Source: an uncultured virus (IMG/VR IMGVR_UViG_3300042558_004670) (Duplodnaviria; Heunggongvirae; Uroviricota; Caudoviricetes). Taken from it: 64,000 nt of DNA. Below the pieces are notes generated by a model that did not search any database, was not told where the DNA came from, and saw only the letters and a list, made by a program, of their open reading frames with translations. The stretch lies in the IMG/VR virus record IMGVR_UViG_3300042558_004670. One strand, written 5' to 3'. Positions 37,313 to 47,516 of the stretch are shown here, piece after piece. Position numbers and translations under genes: made by a program. Numbering within the stretch: the stretch's first letter is position 1; each line of letters opens with the position of its first letter.

Positions 37313-37714
37313 ATGTCAAAGTTGGAATCCCTCACTCGCCGGGTGTCAGAACTTCGAAAGCTTCTTGCTGAAGCAGAAGAAGCTTTGATGGACGCAGAAC
37401 TGGAGGAGGCCGCGAAGAAGGATCGCGAAGTTCGCGATGCCGAGCTTCGGCCTGTGCTGGTGACGGATGGGGAGATGTTCCTCGCCCAGTATGTAGCCAC
37501 CAGAGAGAATGGTGAGCCTTTCCAGACATCCCGCTTGGTGAAAGCTGCCTCCTTGGAGGAGGCACGCAAGGTTGCAGACCTCCACAAGAACGGCATCTTC
37601 CCCCTCTTTTCAAGAGGGGATTCTGTGTATGTGTCGGCCATGTTGGTGTCATCGTCCGTCATTGATCACGATGACATCTTCAACAAGGTTATCGAGGAGA
37701 CGCCGCAATGGTGA
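37313..37714 (+). CDS. Hypothetical protein
   Basis: AGGAG RBS. Confidence 0.6.
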   Translation: MSKLESLTRRVSELRKLLAEAEEALMDAELEEAAKKDREVRDAELRPVLVTDGEMFLAQYVATRENGEPFQTSRLVKAASLEEARKVADLHKNGIFPLFSRGDSVYVSAMLVSSSVIDHDDIFNKVIEETPQW

Positions 37715-38271
37715 GTATTTGTGTAAGCAGTGTCTGCTCTGCCTTTGACGACGAGGCCATTGGGTCGAAGGTTGTGCATGAGCGCAAGCTTGCGTTCCTT
37801 GACCTCCTTGAGCGGGAGGTACAGAGGAGCACCTTCAACATGCTTGGGCACTGTGTGGTCGACTTGCCCACTGTGGCAAACGATATGGTGGGGTGCGGCT
37901 ACGGGCCTGCATCGCCACATCCCAGCGACTACGTCATGCGCAGCCATCGACGCCACGTCTCTGCCTACCTGCGGAGGGATCTGGCCTTCCCAACGAAGAA
38001 TGTCTCTGCGGTCGTCTACACGAAAGATGCCACCTTGGCGGACCCTGACATTGATGCACAGGAGTACGAACGTATTTCCCGTAGCACCGCCTCTCACGTG
38101 CTGGTGGCGGTGCTTGCCTCAGACGGACGGAAGGCAACGCTGTCTCCGTACAGGTTCGTCATGAACCTTGCTGGTGGGAACAGGTCTGCGCTTGCTTGGA
38201 CGGCTGACGAGATCCGGGCAGTTGCCCGTGAGATTGCAGCCAATGAACAGACTTCGGTCGTGGCGGATTAG
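37708..38271 (+). CDS. Hypothetical phage protein
   Basis: 187 aa ORF. Confidence 0.6.
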   Translation: MVSICVSSVCSAFDDEAIGSKVVHERKLAFLDLLEREVQRSTFNMLGHCVVDLPTVANDMVGCGYGPASPHPSDYVMRSHRRHVSAYLRRDLAFPTKNVSAVVYTKDATLADPDIDAQEYERISRSTASHVLVAVLASDGRKATLSPYRFVMNLAGGNRSALAWTADEIRAVAREIAANEQTSVVAD

Positions 38272-38279
38272 GGAGATAC

Positions 38280-38630
38280 ATGAGGAAGACATTGTCGTTT
38301 CGGGTCGTGGATGAGCGTGGTGCATGGGATGGTGTGAACGCATCGGCGGGCGCGCGGTGCTTTGTGAGCTTCCAAGGAGTCGTGAAGGAACCGACCCCTT
38401 GGGACCCAGACATGTTCCAAGAGGTCATGACGGTCAACCTGCTGGACCAGCGGAACGACCACAACCGCGTCACGATCGTGGTCCCCGGAAGCGTGCTGGA
38501 CAAGCTGTGGGGCTCCTGTGAGGTGGAAGCGACGCTCCTGCGATCAGGAGATGGCACCATCGCAAACGCTGTGGTCAGCCGCGTCACCCGGAATGGGGAT
38601 GTCGTGTTCAATGGGGCTGGTTGGGTGTAA
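38280..38630 (+). CDS. Hypothetical protein
   Basis: GGGAG RBS. Confidence 0.55.
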   Translation: MRKTLSFRVVDERGAWDGVNASAGARCFVSFQGVVKEPTPWDPDMFQEVMTVNLLDQRNDHNRVTIVVPGSVLDKLWGSCEVEATLLRSGDGTIANAVVSRVTRNGDVVFNGAGWV

Positions 38631-38698
38631 AACCGACTTGACAGATGGGTGTGGGCGCGTAGTGTTGACGCGTCCACACCTAACCGGGCAGGTCCTGT

Positions 38699-39475
38699 AT
38701 GAAGATGACGGTTGATACATCGAACTCGGAAAAGGGTCGCGCTTTCTCCGCCCAGTGCTTGGCATTCCTTCGCTTCAAAGAGGCGGAACCAGAGCCTGAC
38801 AGTGACGCGGTCCGTCCGGTTTGGGCGATGTTCGCGTCAACGGAAACCCAACTTCGCCCGTTTGTTGCGAACGCAGCAACAGGACGTGCCTTCACTGGGG
38901 AGAAACGAGTCTTCTCTTTCCTGAAGTCAAAAGGTTTCAAGACAGCTTGGCAGCGTGTGCCGAGTGGTATGGTCGCAACCGTCTATCGTCAGGATCTATT
39001 CATCACAGACCCCGGAATGGTGGATGCCAATAAGATACAGTTTGTCCTGCTTCCCCCTGAGTCATCGCTGCGACCTGACAACGAGGTCGCTGCGTTCCTT
39101 CACAGTGTCGTTGGTGACGAATGGGTCACCAAAACCAACGCCTATGAGCAGAACTTCGACCCACACTACTTGGCAGCGGTGGCGCCTGTCCTGAGTGCCT
39201 ACCTTGACCGAAGAACTCTTTTTCCGATGATCCCTGACCACCGTTTCTATGCGCTCCTGTTGGCGTCGATGCTGGAAAAGGGGCTTGCTTCGTTGGGCGT
39301 GCCGGATCAGTCCTACAGGGGCATGTACCAACAACCGCGTTGGGGTCACTCCTTCGGAATGGTCTATGACCCCGACAAGTCCCTCAAGACACAGCCGATC
39401 TTCGTCAACACGCAGCCTGCGCTGTTTGCGGAAGTTCTTGCGGCCACGGTTAAGGAATTCGTAAAGCGCACTTGA
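38699..39475 (+). CDS. Hypothetical protein, probable partner of the downstream MTase-helicase
   Basis: 258 aa directly upstream of the fusion gene. Confidence 0.6.
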   Translation: MKMTVDTSNSEKGRAFSAQCLAFLRFKEAEPEPDSDAVRPVWAMFASTETQLRPFVANAATGRAFTGEKRVFSFLKSKGFKTAWQRVPSGMVATVYRQDLFITDPGMVDANKIQFVLLPPESSLRPDNEVAAFLHSVVGDEWVTKTNAYEQNFDPHYLAAVAPVLSAYLDRRTLFPMIPDHRFYALLLASMLEKGLASLGVPDQSYRGMYQQPRWGHSFGMVYDPDKSLKTQPIFVNTQPALFAEVLAATVKEFVKRT

Positions 39476-39507
39476 CAGCAGAGTGATCTGTGTGTTACTT
39501 GTTGCGC

Positions 39508-42500
39508 ATGGCACGTCTTGAATCGGTCGCGGTCGCTGGTTACTACCCAACCCCTACGGGGGTGATGGCTCGGATCACTTCTTGTTTGCAAGTGGCGTCT
39601 GCCAGCTACCGCCGCTCTGTGACGGTGATGGACCCATGCGCGGGTGAGGGTGAAGCGCTCAAGTCGATTTCTGACGCGTTCAAGGCCATGGACATCGGGA
39701 TCAAAGCCGTTGCGATTGAGATGGAGCCCACGCGGTATCGCAAGCTCCAAGAGAAGTTTCACTCTGGTGACCGCGTCAACAGCGACGCTTTCCTTGTGAA
39801 AACAAGCGGTCACGTTGACTTCTTGTACCTCAACCCTCCATACGACATTGACCAAGTTCACGGTCGCCTTGAGCAACGATTCCTTGACCGGTTCAAGGAT
39901 GTGCTGACCACGGGTGGGTTGCTCGCGTTCGTCGTGCCTTTCCATGCCCTGTCTGCCAGCGCGGAATTGCTGGCGAGTGAGTTCGAAGATCTCGCCTGCT
40001 TCCGCTTTCCTGCTGACGAGTGGGACGCCTACAAGCAAGTTGTCCTTTTCGCGACCAAGCGAAACAAGGAAGCCTTCGCCTTCAATGCGAGGAACCATGA
40101 TCAGGTTCTGCGGTGGTCTGAGAACGCGGCACAGATTCCCGTGCTGGAATTCAGCTCAACCGTCCGCACCATCGGCCACAGCGCCTACTTGTCGCGCCTT
40201 GAAGTCTCAGAGGTAGACCTTGTGTCACTCCGGGCGGAGACCACATTGTGGGGTGCAACCCGCAAGCGCAGTGCTGTAGTGGACATTCTTCCGGGTGTTG
40301 GTGCCCCCAACACGGGTTTGCTGATGTCGCGCCAGTACACCTTGGCAACCCCGCCACGTCCGGCCCACATCGCTGCCGGGTTGGCTTCTGGTGTCTTCAA
40401 TGGTGTCCGCATCGTCGCCGACGACAAGGAAAGCGGACTTCCTGACATCATGTTGAAGGGCATGTTCAACAAGGAATTCAAGACAGTGGAGGAGAAGAAG
40501 AACAAGGATGGCACCGTCGTTGCTGCGGTTCAGATTCAACAACCGAAGCTGGTCACCACTGTCCTCAACATGGACACGTACACGTACCACACTGTACGGA
40601 ATAGCACTGAAATCACGGGAACCAAAGACATCGCCCAGATGACGATGGCTGACCTTCTTTCCAACTATGGAAAGGGAATGCTGTCCGCGATGCTGTCGCA
40701 GTGCCCCATCCTCCATGACCCTGCGGTCAATGGTGACGATGTCGTTGTTGCCAAAACCAGCCGAGACTTGTTCCCTGCGCAAGGGGAAGCGGTGAAGGCA
40801 CTGGTCAAGATTCTGGGTGGTGCGGGCAAGCACATCCGCCAACGTCGGAACCGTGGCGCATTTCTGCTGGGTGAGATCGGTTCTGGCAAAACGTCCGTGG
40901 CGCTGGCCACGATTAAGACGCTGGGTGCGCAGAAGACGTTGGTGATGGTGCCGCCGCACCTCATTGACGGATGGAAAGAGCAAATCGAGCTGGTGTGTCC
41001 GGAGGTCAAGGTAGTTGTCCTCTCTTCCGTTGTCGACGTTGACAGCGTCGCCACCATGTCCGGCCCAGTGATCGCACTCCTGTCCCGTGAGACAGCGAAG
41101 CTCGGTCACACGTACGGTGGTGTGAAGCGCTGCCCAGCCTGTATGGAAGAGGCTCCGTTGACTGCCTCGACGAAGCGCCTCACGTGTATGGGTACTGTGC
41201 GTACGTATCCGGGGAAGATGAAAGACCTTGCCCAAGGTCTCTCCGATGCGGTCGTTGGTCGTAAGGTGTCGATCCGTCGCTTGGTCACGCAAGCGCTTGC
41301 CATCGAAATGTACGACATTGTCGGTGACTTGCTTGCCTTCAGCGGGAAGCAGAAGCTGATCAACTATGCGGTTGAGGCTCTTGGTGAAATCACCGACTAC
41401 TCGGACAAGCAACGCCGCGCCAGCAGCTGGATGCACTGCTCAAAGGACTACAACCGTGAGCTGATTCAACGCGTCATGGGGAAGAAAACCTATGACGGTT
41501 TTGAGGCTTGGGAGAAAACGCATACGTCGCTGTGGAGCGAGGATGGTAGCCACCTCTACCATAGCTCCGTATCCAAAAACTGGACAACTAAGAAGCTCGA
41601 ATTCAATGGTATCGTCCTTGGAAGCGGCAGTTTGATCAACCGTGCAAAAAGGTACATCGAAACGTTCTCAACGTCGAAGTTTTGCGGGGAACCGCTCTAC
41701 TTCTCGACACCAGAGCCCCGTCGCTACCCACTGTCGACCTACATCCTCCGCAAGCACCGTTCGCTGTTCGACATGCTGGTTCTTGACGAGGCTCACGAAT
41801 ACCAGAGCCAAGGGTCGGCTCAAGAGGTCGCTGGTCATCGCATGACCGCACTGGGCATTCCAACCTTGTGCCTGACTGGCAGCGTCATGAACGGCTACGC
41901 TGATAGCCTGTTCACCAACCTGTGGGCGTTGTCGCCATCATTCCGTTCCGAGTTTGGCCACGACGACATGGCACTCTTTGTTGACCGCTACGGTTACCGC
42001 CGCGTGTTGACGGAGGACAAGGATGAGAAAGGCGAGGTGATTGAGTTTGGGTCACAGTCGGATCGTGTGCGCCGCACCTCGCGCAACACGGGGCGTGCCC
42101 CCGGTGTGCTTCCGGTCCTGCTGTTCCAGCACCTCTTGCCTATCAGTGTGACATTGCACAAGGCCGACATGTCGATGTCGATCCCAGCGTGCAACCACCA
42201 CGTGGTTGATGTCGCCACAACCCCTGAGATGGACATGCACGCGGGAACGATGCGCTCCCGCATCATGGAGCGGATGCGTGCTGACCGCCACGTGGAAGGC
42301 CGTTCGGGTGCGTTGCTGGGTGCCTTGGCTGGCCTCCCTTCGTACTACGACCTCTGCACCAACGATACGGGCAACACGGAAGGGGCAGACCGTGCCTACG
42401 TGGTGAAGTACCCTGACGCCATCGACAACGGTGCCGAGGTCTACCGTGCTGCTCCAGTGCGTGACGCAATCACACCCAAGGAAGCGTGGATGCTGGAGAA

Positions 42501-43038
42501 GGTGCGGGCATCCATCGCGGCTGGTCGCAATGTGATGATCTTCGGATGGCATTCGGTTACGCTGGCGCGGTTGTCGCGTCTGGTGACGACGGAGCTGGGA
42601 GAGGCTTGCCCCATCCTTGATGCGTCCAAGGTCCCAACCAAAACTCGGCAGGCATGGATCACGAAAGAGGTGGTCAAGAAGAAACACCGCGTTCTCGTCA
42701 CCAACCCGGTGAGTGTACAAACAGGCCTCAACAACCTGACGTGGTTTTCTGATATTATTTGGATGGAGAATCCTTCATGCAACCCCATCGTGTTCCGTCA
42801 AGCGGTGGGTCGTATTGACCGCATTGGGCAGGAGAAAGAGACCAACGTGTGGTTTCCTGTTTACGGTGCGTCCCTTCAGGAGGCAATGCACAATCTCCTG
42901 ATGCGAAAGACATCTGTGTCGATGTCGACGGATGGCCTTGACGCTGAGTCCGCGATGGCAGCATCCGGCATCGGCGAAGAAACCGATGTCTCAAGCCTGA
43001 GCATCGGTCGTTTCTTGTACCAGATCCTTGCAGATTGA
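39508..43038 (+). CDS. N6-adenine methyltransferase-like (DUF6094-type) domain fused to an SNF2-like SF2 helicase
   Basis: GYYPTP, MDPCAGEG, LYLNPPYD; GEIGSGKT, VLDEAH, LTGS, QTGLN, QAVGRIDRIGQ. Confidence 0.85.
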   Translation: MARLESVAVAGYYPTPTGVMARITSCLQVASASYRRSVTVMDPCAGEGEALKSISDAFKAMDIGIKAVAIEMEPTRYRKLQEKFHSGDRVNSDAFLVKTSGHVDFLYLNPPYDIDQVHGRLEQRFLDRFKDVLTTGGLLAFVVPFHALSASAELLASEFEDLACFRFPADEWDAYKQVVLFATKRNKEAFAFNARNHDQVLRWSENAAQIPVLEFSSTVRTIGHSAYLSRLEVSEVDLVSLRAETTLWGATRKRSAVVDILPGVGAPNTGLLMSRQYTLATPPRPAHIAAGLASGVFNGVRIVADDKESGLPDIMLKGMFNKEFKTVEEKKNKDGTVVAAVQIQQPKLVTTVLNMDTYTYHTVRNSTEITGTKDIAQMTMADLLSNYGKGMLSAMLSQCPILHDPAVNGDDVVVAKTSRDLFPAQGEAVKALVKILGGAGKHIRQRRNRGAFLLGEIGSGKTSVALATIKTLGAQKTLVMVPPHLIDGWKEQIELVCPEVKVVVLSSVVDVDSVATMSGPVIALLSRETAKLGHTYGGVKRCPACMEEAPLTASTKRLTCMGTVRTYPGKMKDLAQGLSDAVVGRKVSIRRLVTQALAIEMYDIVGDLLAFSGKQKLINYAVEALGEITDYSDKQRRASSWMHCSKDYNRELIQRVMGKKTYDGFEAWEKTHTSLWSEDGSHLYHSSVSKNWTTKKLEFNGIVLGSGSLINRAKRYIETFSTSKFCGEPLYFSTPEPRRYPLSTYILRKHRSLFDMLVLDEAHEYQSQGSAQEVAGHRMTALGIPTLCLTGSVMNGYADSLFTNLWALSPSFRSEFGHDDMALFVDRYGYRRVLTEDKDEKGEVIEFGSQSDRVRRTSRNTGRAPGVLPVLLFQHLLPISVTLHKADMSMSIPACNHHVVDVATTPEMDMHAGTMRSRIMERMRADRHVEGRSGALLGALAGLPSYYDLCTNDTGNTEGADRAYVVKYPDAIDNGAEVYRAAPVRDAITPKEAWMLEKVRASIAAGRNVMIFGWHSVTLARLSRLVTTELGEACPILDASKVPTKTRQAWITKEVVKKKHRVLVTNPVSVQTGLNNLTWFSDIIWMENPSCNPIVFRQAVGRIDRIGQEKETNVWFPVYGASLQEAMHNLLMRKTSVSMSTDGLDAESAMAASGIGEETDVSSLSIGRFLYQILAD

Positions 43039-43050
43039 AAGGAAGGCAAC

Positions 43051-43698
43051 ATGCTATGTACCGCGTTCACAATCATCACCAGTCTGAAAAGACGTGACTT
43101 CACCAGCGTACAGAGGGTGTTCACGATGGACGTGCTTCTCCCGCAAGCAATCGTGGATGACTGTCTGTACGACGAAGGAGGCACATATACAGTGATAAAT
43201 GATATTGTTGGTGAGCTGCTTCAGGCGTGTGCACCAACACTACTACGTGGGAAGGTAGAGGTCTCAAAGGACGCAGATGCGACCGAAGGATTGCAGCCAG
43301 TCATGCCAATCGACATGACACTGGATCTGGCCCTTATGCACAAGAGGTATCACCAAGAGGGTCAGCCCATCCAGATGGAGAGGTTATTCTCTTTGTCGGC
43401 TGACCTCTACACCAGCAACGGAAAGGTCTTTGCGTCTTACGTGTATGAGGCCATCGCAGACTCCGTGGGGAAGCGCTTCGGTCTGTGTGACCTTGACCTC
43501 TCAGAGAGAGAAAGCCGCTGCATTGTAGAGGCGAACAACTACATCTTTGACGGAGTGGCCGTCTACGACCGGCAGACGTGGGCCAGTAAGGGTGACCGGC
43601 ACCATATGCCCCGCGAGAAAGCAAACATTGTGGCAGCGCTATGCTCAGGAGTCGCCACCCAGACTGATGCCGTGAACACGTCCGTTGCAGAAGTCTGA
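43051..43698 (+). CDS. Hypothetical protein (start possibly 43126)
   Basis: 215 aa ORF. Confidence 0.55.
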   Translation: MLCTAFTIITSLKRRDFTSVQRVFTMDVLLPQAIVDDCLYDEGGTYTVINDIVGELLQACAPTLLRGKVEVSKDADATEGLQPVMPIDMTLDLALMHKRYHQEGQPIQMERLFSLSADLYTSNGKVFASYVYEAIADSVGKRFGLCDLDLSERESRCIVEANNYIFDGVAVYDRQTWASKGDRHHMPREKANIVAALCSGVATQTDAVNTSVAEV

Positions 43699-43742
43699 CC
43701 AACGGTATTGCAGCAGCTAAGCAACCCTGACAGGGTGCAGGA

Positions 43743-44273
43743 ATGGAAAACCTTCTTGCACACCTTGTCGGGGACTACGTACTTCAAAGCGACTGGGCAG
43801 CCAATAATAAGCAGCAGAGATGGCTCCCTGCCATCGCGCATGCGTTGACCTACGGTCTCTGTTTCCTCGTCCTGATGTTGGTGACGGGAACCGTGTCGGT
43901 CCCTGCACTGCTGGTCATCACTCTGACCCACCTTGCCATCGACCACTGGCGGCTCGCCCGGTATGTGGTCTACGCGAAGAATTTCCTCGCACCACGCAAG
44001 ACAGTGGAGACGAAGGTTGTGGTGTTCGAGAAGGACAAGGAGGGAGACGCCATCATCCCGCCGAACGTAGAACCGTTGCACGAAATCGCAGATGTCAATG
44101 GATTCCTCAAAGCAGAGGCGAGGGTCACCACACAGTGGTGGTACGATTGGAAGGACTGCGCCGGTACGGGCTACCACAAGGATCGTCCTGTGTGGATGTC
44201 GGTGTGGCTCCTGATCATTGCGGACAACACCTTGCATCTCATTCTGAATGAACTGGCGATTCGCTACCTTTGA
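43743..44273 (+). CDS. DUF3307-like membrane protein
   Basis: LAHLVGDYVLQSDW, HALTY, THLAIDHW, IIADNTLH. Confidence 0.8.
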   Translation: MENLLAHLVGDYVLQSDWAANNKQQRWLPAIAHALTYGLCFLVLMLVTGTVSVPALLVITLTHLAIDHWRLARYVVYAKNFLAPRKTVETKVVVFEKDKEGDAIIPPNVEPLHEIADVNGFLKAEARVTTQWWYDWKDCAGTGYHKDRPVWMSVWLLIIADNTLHLILNELAIRYL

Positions 44274-44282
44274 GGAGACAAC

Positions 44283-44612
44283 ATGGAAGACATCATCTTG
44301 ATTGCGCTTGTGATCACAACAATCGTCGCATCTGAGGTGCGCGCCTACTTTGAGAAAGGGCGGAGAAAGAATGCAATGAAAAACGCATTCATCGCTGGTG
44401 GATCTGTACAAAGAATCATCGACACTGCCGCCTCTGATAGTGAGTTCTCTGGAACGGTTGAGATTGACGGGATTGTGCTGGACATCTCGCTCTTGCAGCA
44501 GAAGAGCCCTGCAAAGCAGGGAGCAAAAGTTCTACTAGACCCAACACCCACTACGGATGCAGTCACAAAAGACGTGCAGGTAGCTTCTGGCGAGGTGCGA
44601 CATGAAGTTTAA
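44283..44612 (+). CDS. Membrane-anchored hypothetical protein
   Basis: N-terminal IILIALVITTIVA; GAGGAG RBS. Confidence 0.55.
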   Translation: MEDIILIALVITTIVASEVRAYFEKGRRKNAMKNAFIAGGSVQRIIDTAASDSEFSGTVEIDGIVLDISLLQQKSPAKQGAKVLLDPTPTTDAVTKDVQVASGEVRHEV

Positions 44613-45192
44613 CGCAATCTTGCTGTCATTCGATACCGAGTTCACACACCCTGTCCCACGGGTAGGCGGGTTGATGCAGATCGGTGCTGTGGCCGTACCT
44701 GTGTCCCTGTCCGAAAACGTGCTGGGAGAGCAAGAGGCTACATTCAAGGCCACCTTCCGCATCGAAGGCGGGCAGACAGTGACGCCGTGGGTTCGTAAGA
44801 ACCAAGGTGCTTTGCTGTCAGAGTGCATGCTGACCACCCAAGAAGTTCATGAGCAGCGGATTGCACGCTTCCGTGAGTGGCTGGCTGACCTACCAGCAGC
44901 ACTCGGCTTTGCGGAGAAGGTTGAGATCATCCCGTACGGTTGGTGCACTGGTAGCGACGTCGCTTATCTATTGGACCTCCTTGGTCCATTCCACGACCTC
45001 GTCAGTTACCGCAGTTACGACCTGAAGTCGTTGATGAGCGCCGCATGGGGTAAGCTGGAGGTGTCTGAGGGCGAAGCACAACGGCGCCTTACGGTCGATC
45101 CAAACAGGAACCGGCATGATGCCCTCTCTGATGCCAAGTACCAGCTGGAGCTGCTACGGGCTTTGATGGAAGACGCCTACCATACGCATTGA
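44602..45192 (+). CDS. DnaQ/DEDDh 3'-5' exonuclease
   Basis: SFDTEF (ExoI), GSDVAYL (ExoII), HDALSDA (ExoIII). Confidence 0.8.
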   Translation: MKFNAILLSFDTEFTHPVPRVGGLMQIGAVAVPVSLSENVLGEQEATFKATFRIEGGQTVTPWVRKNQGALLSECMLTTQEVHEQRIARFREWLADLPAALGFAEKVEIIPYGWCTGSDVAYLLDLLGPFHDLVSYRSYDLKSLMSAAWGKLEVSEGEAQRRLTVDPNRNRHDALSDAKYQLELLRALMEDAYHTH

Positions 45193-45246
45193 TCGCCAAG
45201 GGAAGATCACCTTGACAGGCGCAGGGACAGATCGTATGCATTCCGC

Positions 45247-45306
45247 ATGACTTCCCTGCACGCAACCTCAACCGGCCTAGCGCTCGTCTTTATCGGCGAG
45301 CACTAG
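45247..45306 (+). CDS. Putative 19-aa leaderless leader peptide (uORF)
   Basis: TTGACA(45212)-N17-TATGCA-N6-ATG; MTSLHATSTGLALVFIGEH*. Confidence 0.4.
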   Translation: MTSLHATSTGLALVFIGEH

Positions 45307-45380
45307 GTACGGCACTTTCTGATGAGAAAACAGCACCATAGTGGTGCTCGGACTCGCAGTCAGTAGTCGTCGGTAAGGCG

Positions 45381-46172
45381 ATGATGATGCGCAGTGACAT
45401 GGCGAAGATCTTGATCGATTGCTACCGCACTGGTGGTGATGGCGGTTCACAGAAGCGTGCGAACCGCCGTAGGTTCAACGACGAATCTTCGTTTGAGGAA
45501 GCTCAAACGAAGGGGAGTGCTTCTGCTGGTCGGCAGTACGTTGACCACAAGGAGCTGAACGACCACATCACCCCACTGAAGCGGTATCTGTATGCTCAGG
45601 TGGGTAGGCCTTGGAACAAGGTCTATAGTGAAATTCGTGAACACCTCCGGATGGACTCTGTACAGCAGCGGCATGTTCTTCAGCATGTGTGGGGATATGT
45701 CGACAAAGACGTCGTGATGGTGGGGAAGACGCCATACACCACGTCGGTGAGCTGGCGAGGTTCACGCCCACTGGGCGCAGGTGAACTCTATATCCACCCT
45801 GTGGACGGGTTGTTGAAGAAGGCGAAACAGCTGCCTCGGTCTGAGACAGTTGTTCGACCAAAAACACTCCTCATCTCAGAGTTGGGCATGGTGTGGTATG
45901 AGCACTGCGTGTGGCGGAAGTCCACTCCGCGTATCTTGTACGCAGGCGCGAAGTACAACCCGTTCTTCTTGACCCCCGTGTTGGACTATCGGGTTGGCCT
46001 GCGCTCGGACAAGTTTGGTTTCGTGGAGGCCAGAAACGCTGTCTACGGATGGGACCGCAAGTTCTCTGGGATGTACGCTTCGACAAAGCCAATTGCTTTG
46101 TCGAAGACCGAACTCAAGAAGTTTGGGCTTGCGAACGGGAATCCGCTGGTGCCGCTGGCGCTCTGCCCGTAG
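45381..46172 (+). CDS. Conserved hypothetical basic protein
   Basis: MRSDMAK...KELNDHITPLKRYLYAQVGRPWNKVYSEI...HVLQHV, a pattern I recall from an uncharacterised bacterial/phage family. Confidence 0.65.
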   Translation: MMMRSDMAKILIDCYRTGGDGGSQKRANRRRFNDESSFEEAQTKGSASAGRQYVDHKELNDHITPLKRYLYAQVGRPWNKVYSEIREHLRMDSVQQRHVLQHVWGYVDKDVVMVGKTPYTTSVSWRGSRPLGAGELYIHPVDGLLKKAKQLPRSETVVRPKTLLISELGMVWYEHCVWRKSTPRILYAGAKYNPFFLTPVLDYRVGLRSDKFGFVEARNAVYGWDRKFSGMYASTKPIALSKTELKKFGLANGNPLVPLALCP

Positions 46173-46464
46173 CACCACAGCGACGGCAAGGGACGTACCG
46201 GGTCCCCGTGTCGACGCCCCATCCTGCCCACTGCTGCTTCGTGCCCCGGCAGTCGAAGCAGCATCCGGTGTCCCTTTCGTAGAACACCTTCTCCTGATCG
46301 TACTCTTCCGGGGTGATGACCACAGTGATGCTTTCCGAGTCAGTCTTATAGACCAACTGGATGTTCTCATCCTCAACCAAGCGAAGGGACTCCATCTCGG
46401 CATCCACTGGGATCTCAGGATGTTTGCGACGACCAGCGAGGTTGTAGAAGCTCTTTTCCGTCAT
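46114..46464 (-). CDS. Hypothetical protein with DnaJ-like CxxCxGT Zn motifs
   Basis: CFDCRGT...CRRCGATG. Confidence 0.5.
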   Translation of the reverse strand: MTEKSFYNLAGRRKHPEIPVDAEMESLRLVEDENIQLVYKTDSESITVVITPEEYDQEKVFYERDTGCCFDCRGTKQQWAGWGVDTGTRYVPCRRCGATGRAPAAPADSRSQAQTS

Positions 46465-46723
46465 ACCTAGGAAGGTGCTTCTTTTTGCTCTTGCTGTCAA
46501 CAAACAATCGTGCAAAGAGGGTCAGCTATGCCAGTCACACTCCTGTTGTCGCTCCACTTCGCAGCACTGATCACGGCCAGTTGGTTGGCACCACTGGTCC
46601 AGCAGCACACAACCCTCTGTGGTTCCCTCCTGCTGGGCGCTCGTTTGATGCTGCTGGATTCCGCGACGCTGGGTGTGAACCCGCGCATCCTGTGTGCTGC
46701 TCCTACCTACGACGAGGTCAAAG

Positions 46724-47191
46724 ATGTCTGAGAACCGCTTCAAGTATCTGATCGGTGGCCAATTGCATCCAACGCTTGGGAGTGCCATCGCATACGGCAT
46801 GCAGCAAGGGGGAGAGGGTAAAGACCACCGAATGGTGGTCAGCACCGTGCTCACTGCATCTTCTGTCGTGGATGACCTGAAGAACTGCCCTGCTGACATG
46901 GAGGCGGTCAAGGACTTCCTCATCCAGACAGTGCAGCGACACCTCGCATCGCGGCTTGGCGCTGTCATCAATGACGGCCCCAGCACCTACTGGGCAGTTG
47001 ATGAAGCCGCCCTGCTGAGTGCCATTGTGCCGAGAATCAGCTACCTCATCCTGCAGACGGAGGAAGTGGTTGTGTCCGTGCATAATGCTGGGCACCACGG
47101 CCATGAGGAAGGTACGCAGTCGGCTTTCCAATTCTCCGAGGAACCGCCGTCAGCAACCACAGCAGCACCGGCGCCAGAAACGGCAGGCTGA
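46724..47191 (+). CDS. Hypothetical protein
   Basis: MSENRF after GAGGT. Confidence 0.55.
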   Translation: MSENRFKYLIGGQLHPTLGSAIAYGMQQGGEGKDHRMVVSTVLTASSVVDDLKNCPADMEAVKDFLIQTVQRHLASRLGAVINDGPSTYWAVDEAALLSAIVPRISYLILQTEEVVVSVHNAGHHGHEEGTQSAFQFSEEPPSATTAAPAPETAG

Positions 47192-47516
47192 GGCAAGCTC
47201 GAACCCACGGCAAGGTTTTCCCCATCACCGGGAACCATGCTGACAAAGATGTCCGTGTTGACTTGAGGGTCACACGGACGTCTTTGTATTCAGGAAGGAC
47301 CGCAACTTCAAGGAAAGCGGTTCGAGAAAGTCGGTAAGACACCTTCGCCGTCACCGACCCGTCAACACGTTGGGACATCGCCAAGCTGCTTGGGTCATCA
47401 CCATGGGATGCGCGAATGCTGGTGATGAGATCACCCACATCAACGATACACGTATCCCAAGCACTCTGACTCATATCGTATCCAATATGAGTCAGAGTGC
47501 TCACCTGTAAGGTAAT

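Noticed and set aside
45319..45331. CTGATGAG..AAA as a hammerhead ribozyme core
   Set aside because: There is no stem II between CUGAUGA and GAAA, and stems I/III cannot be built.
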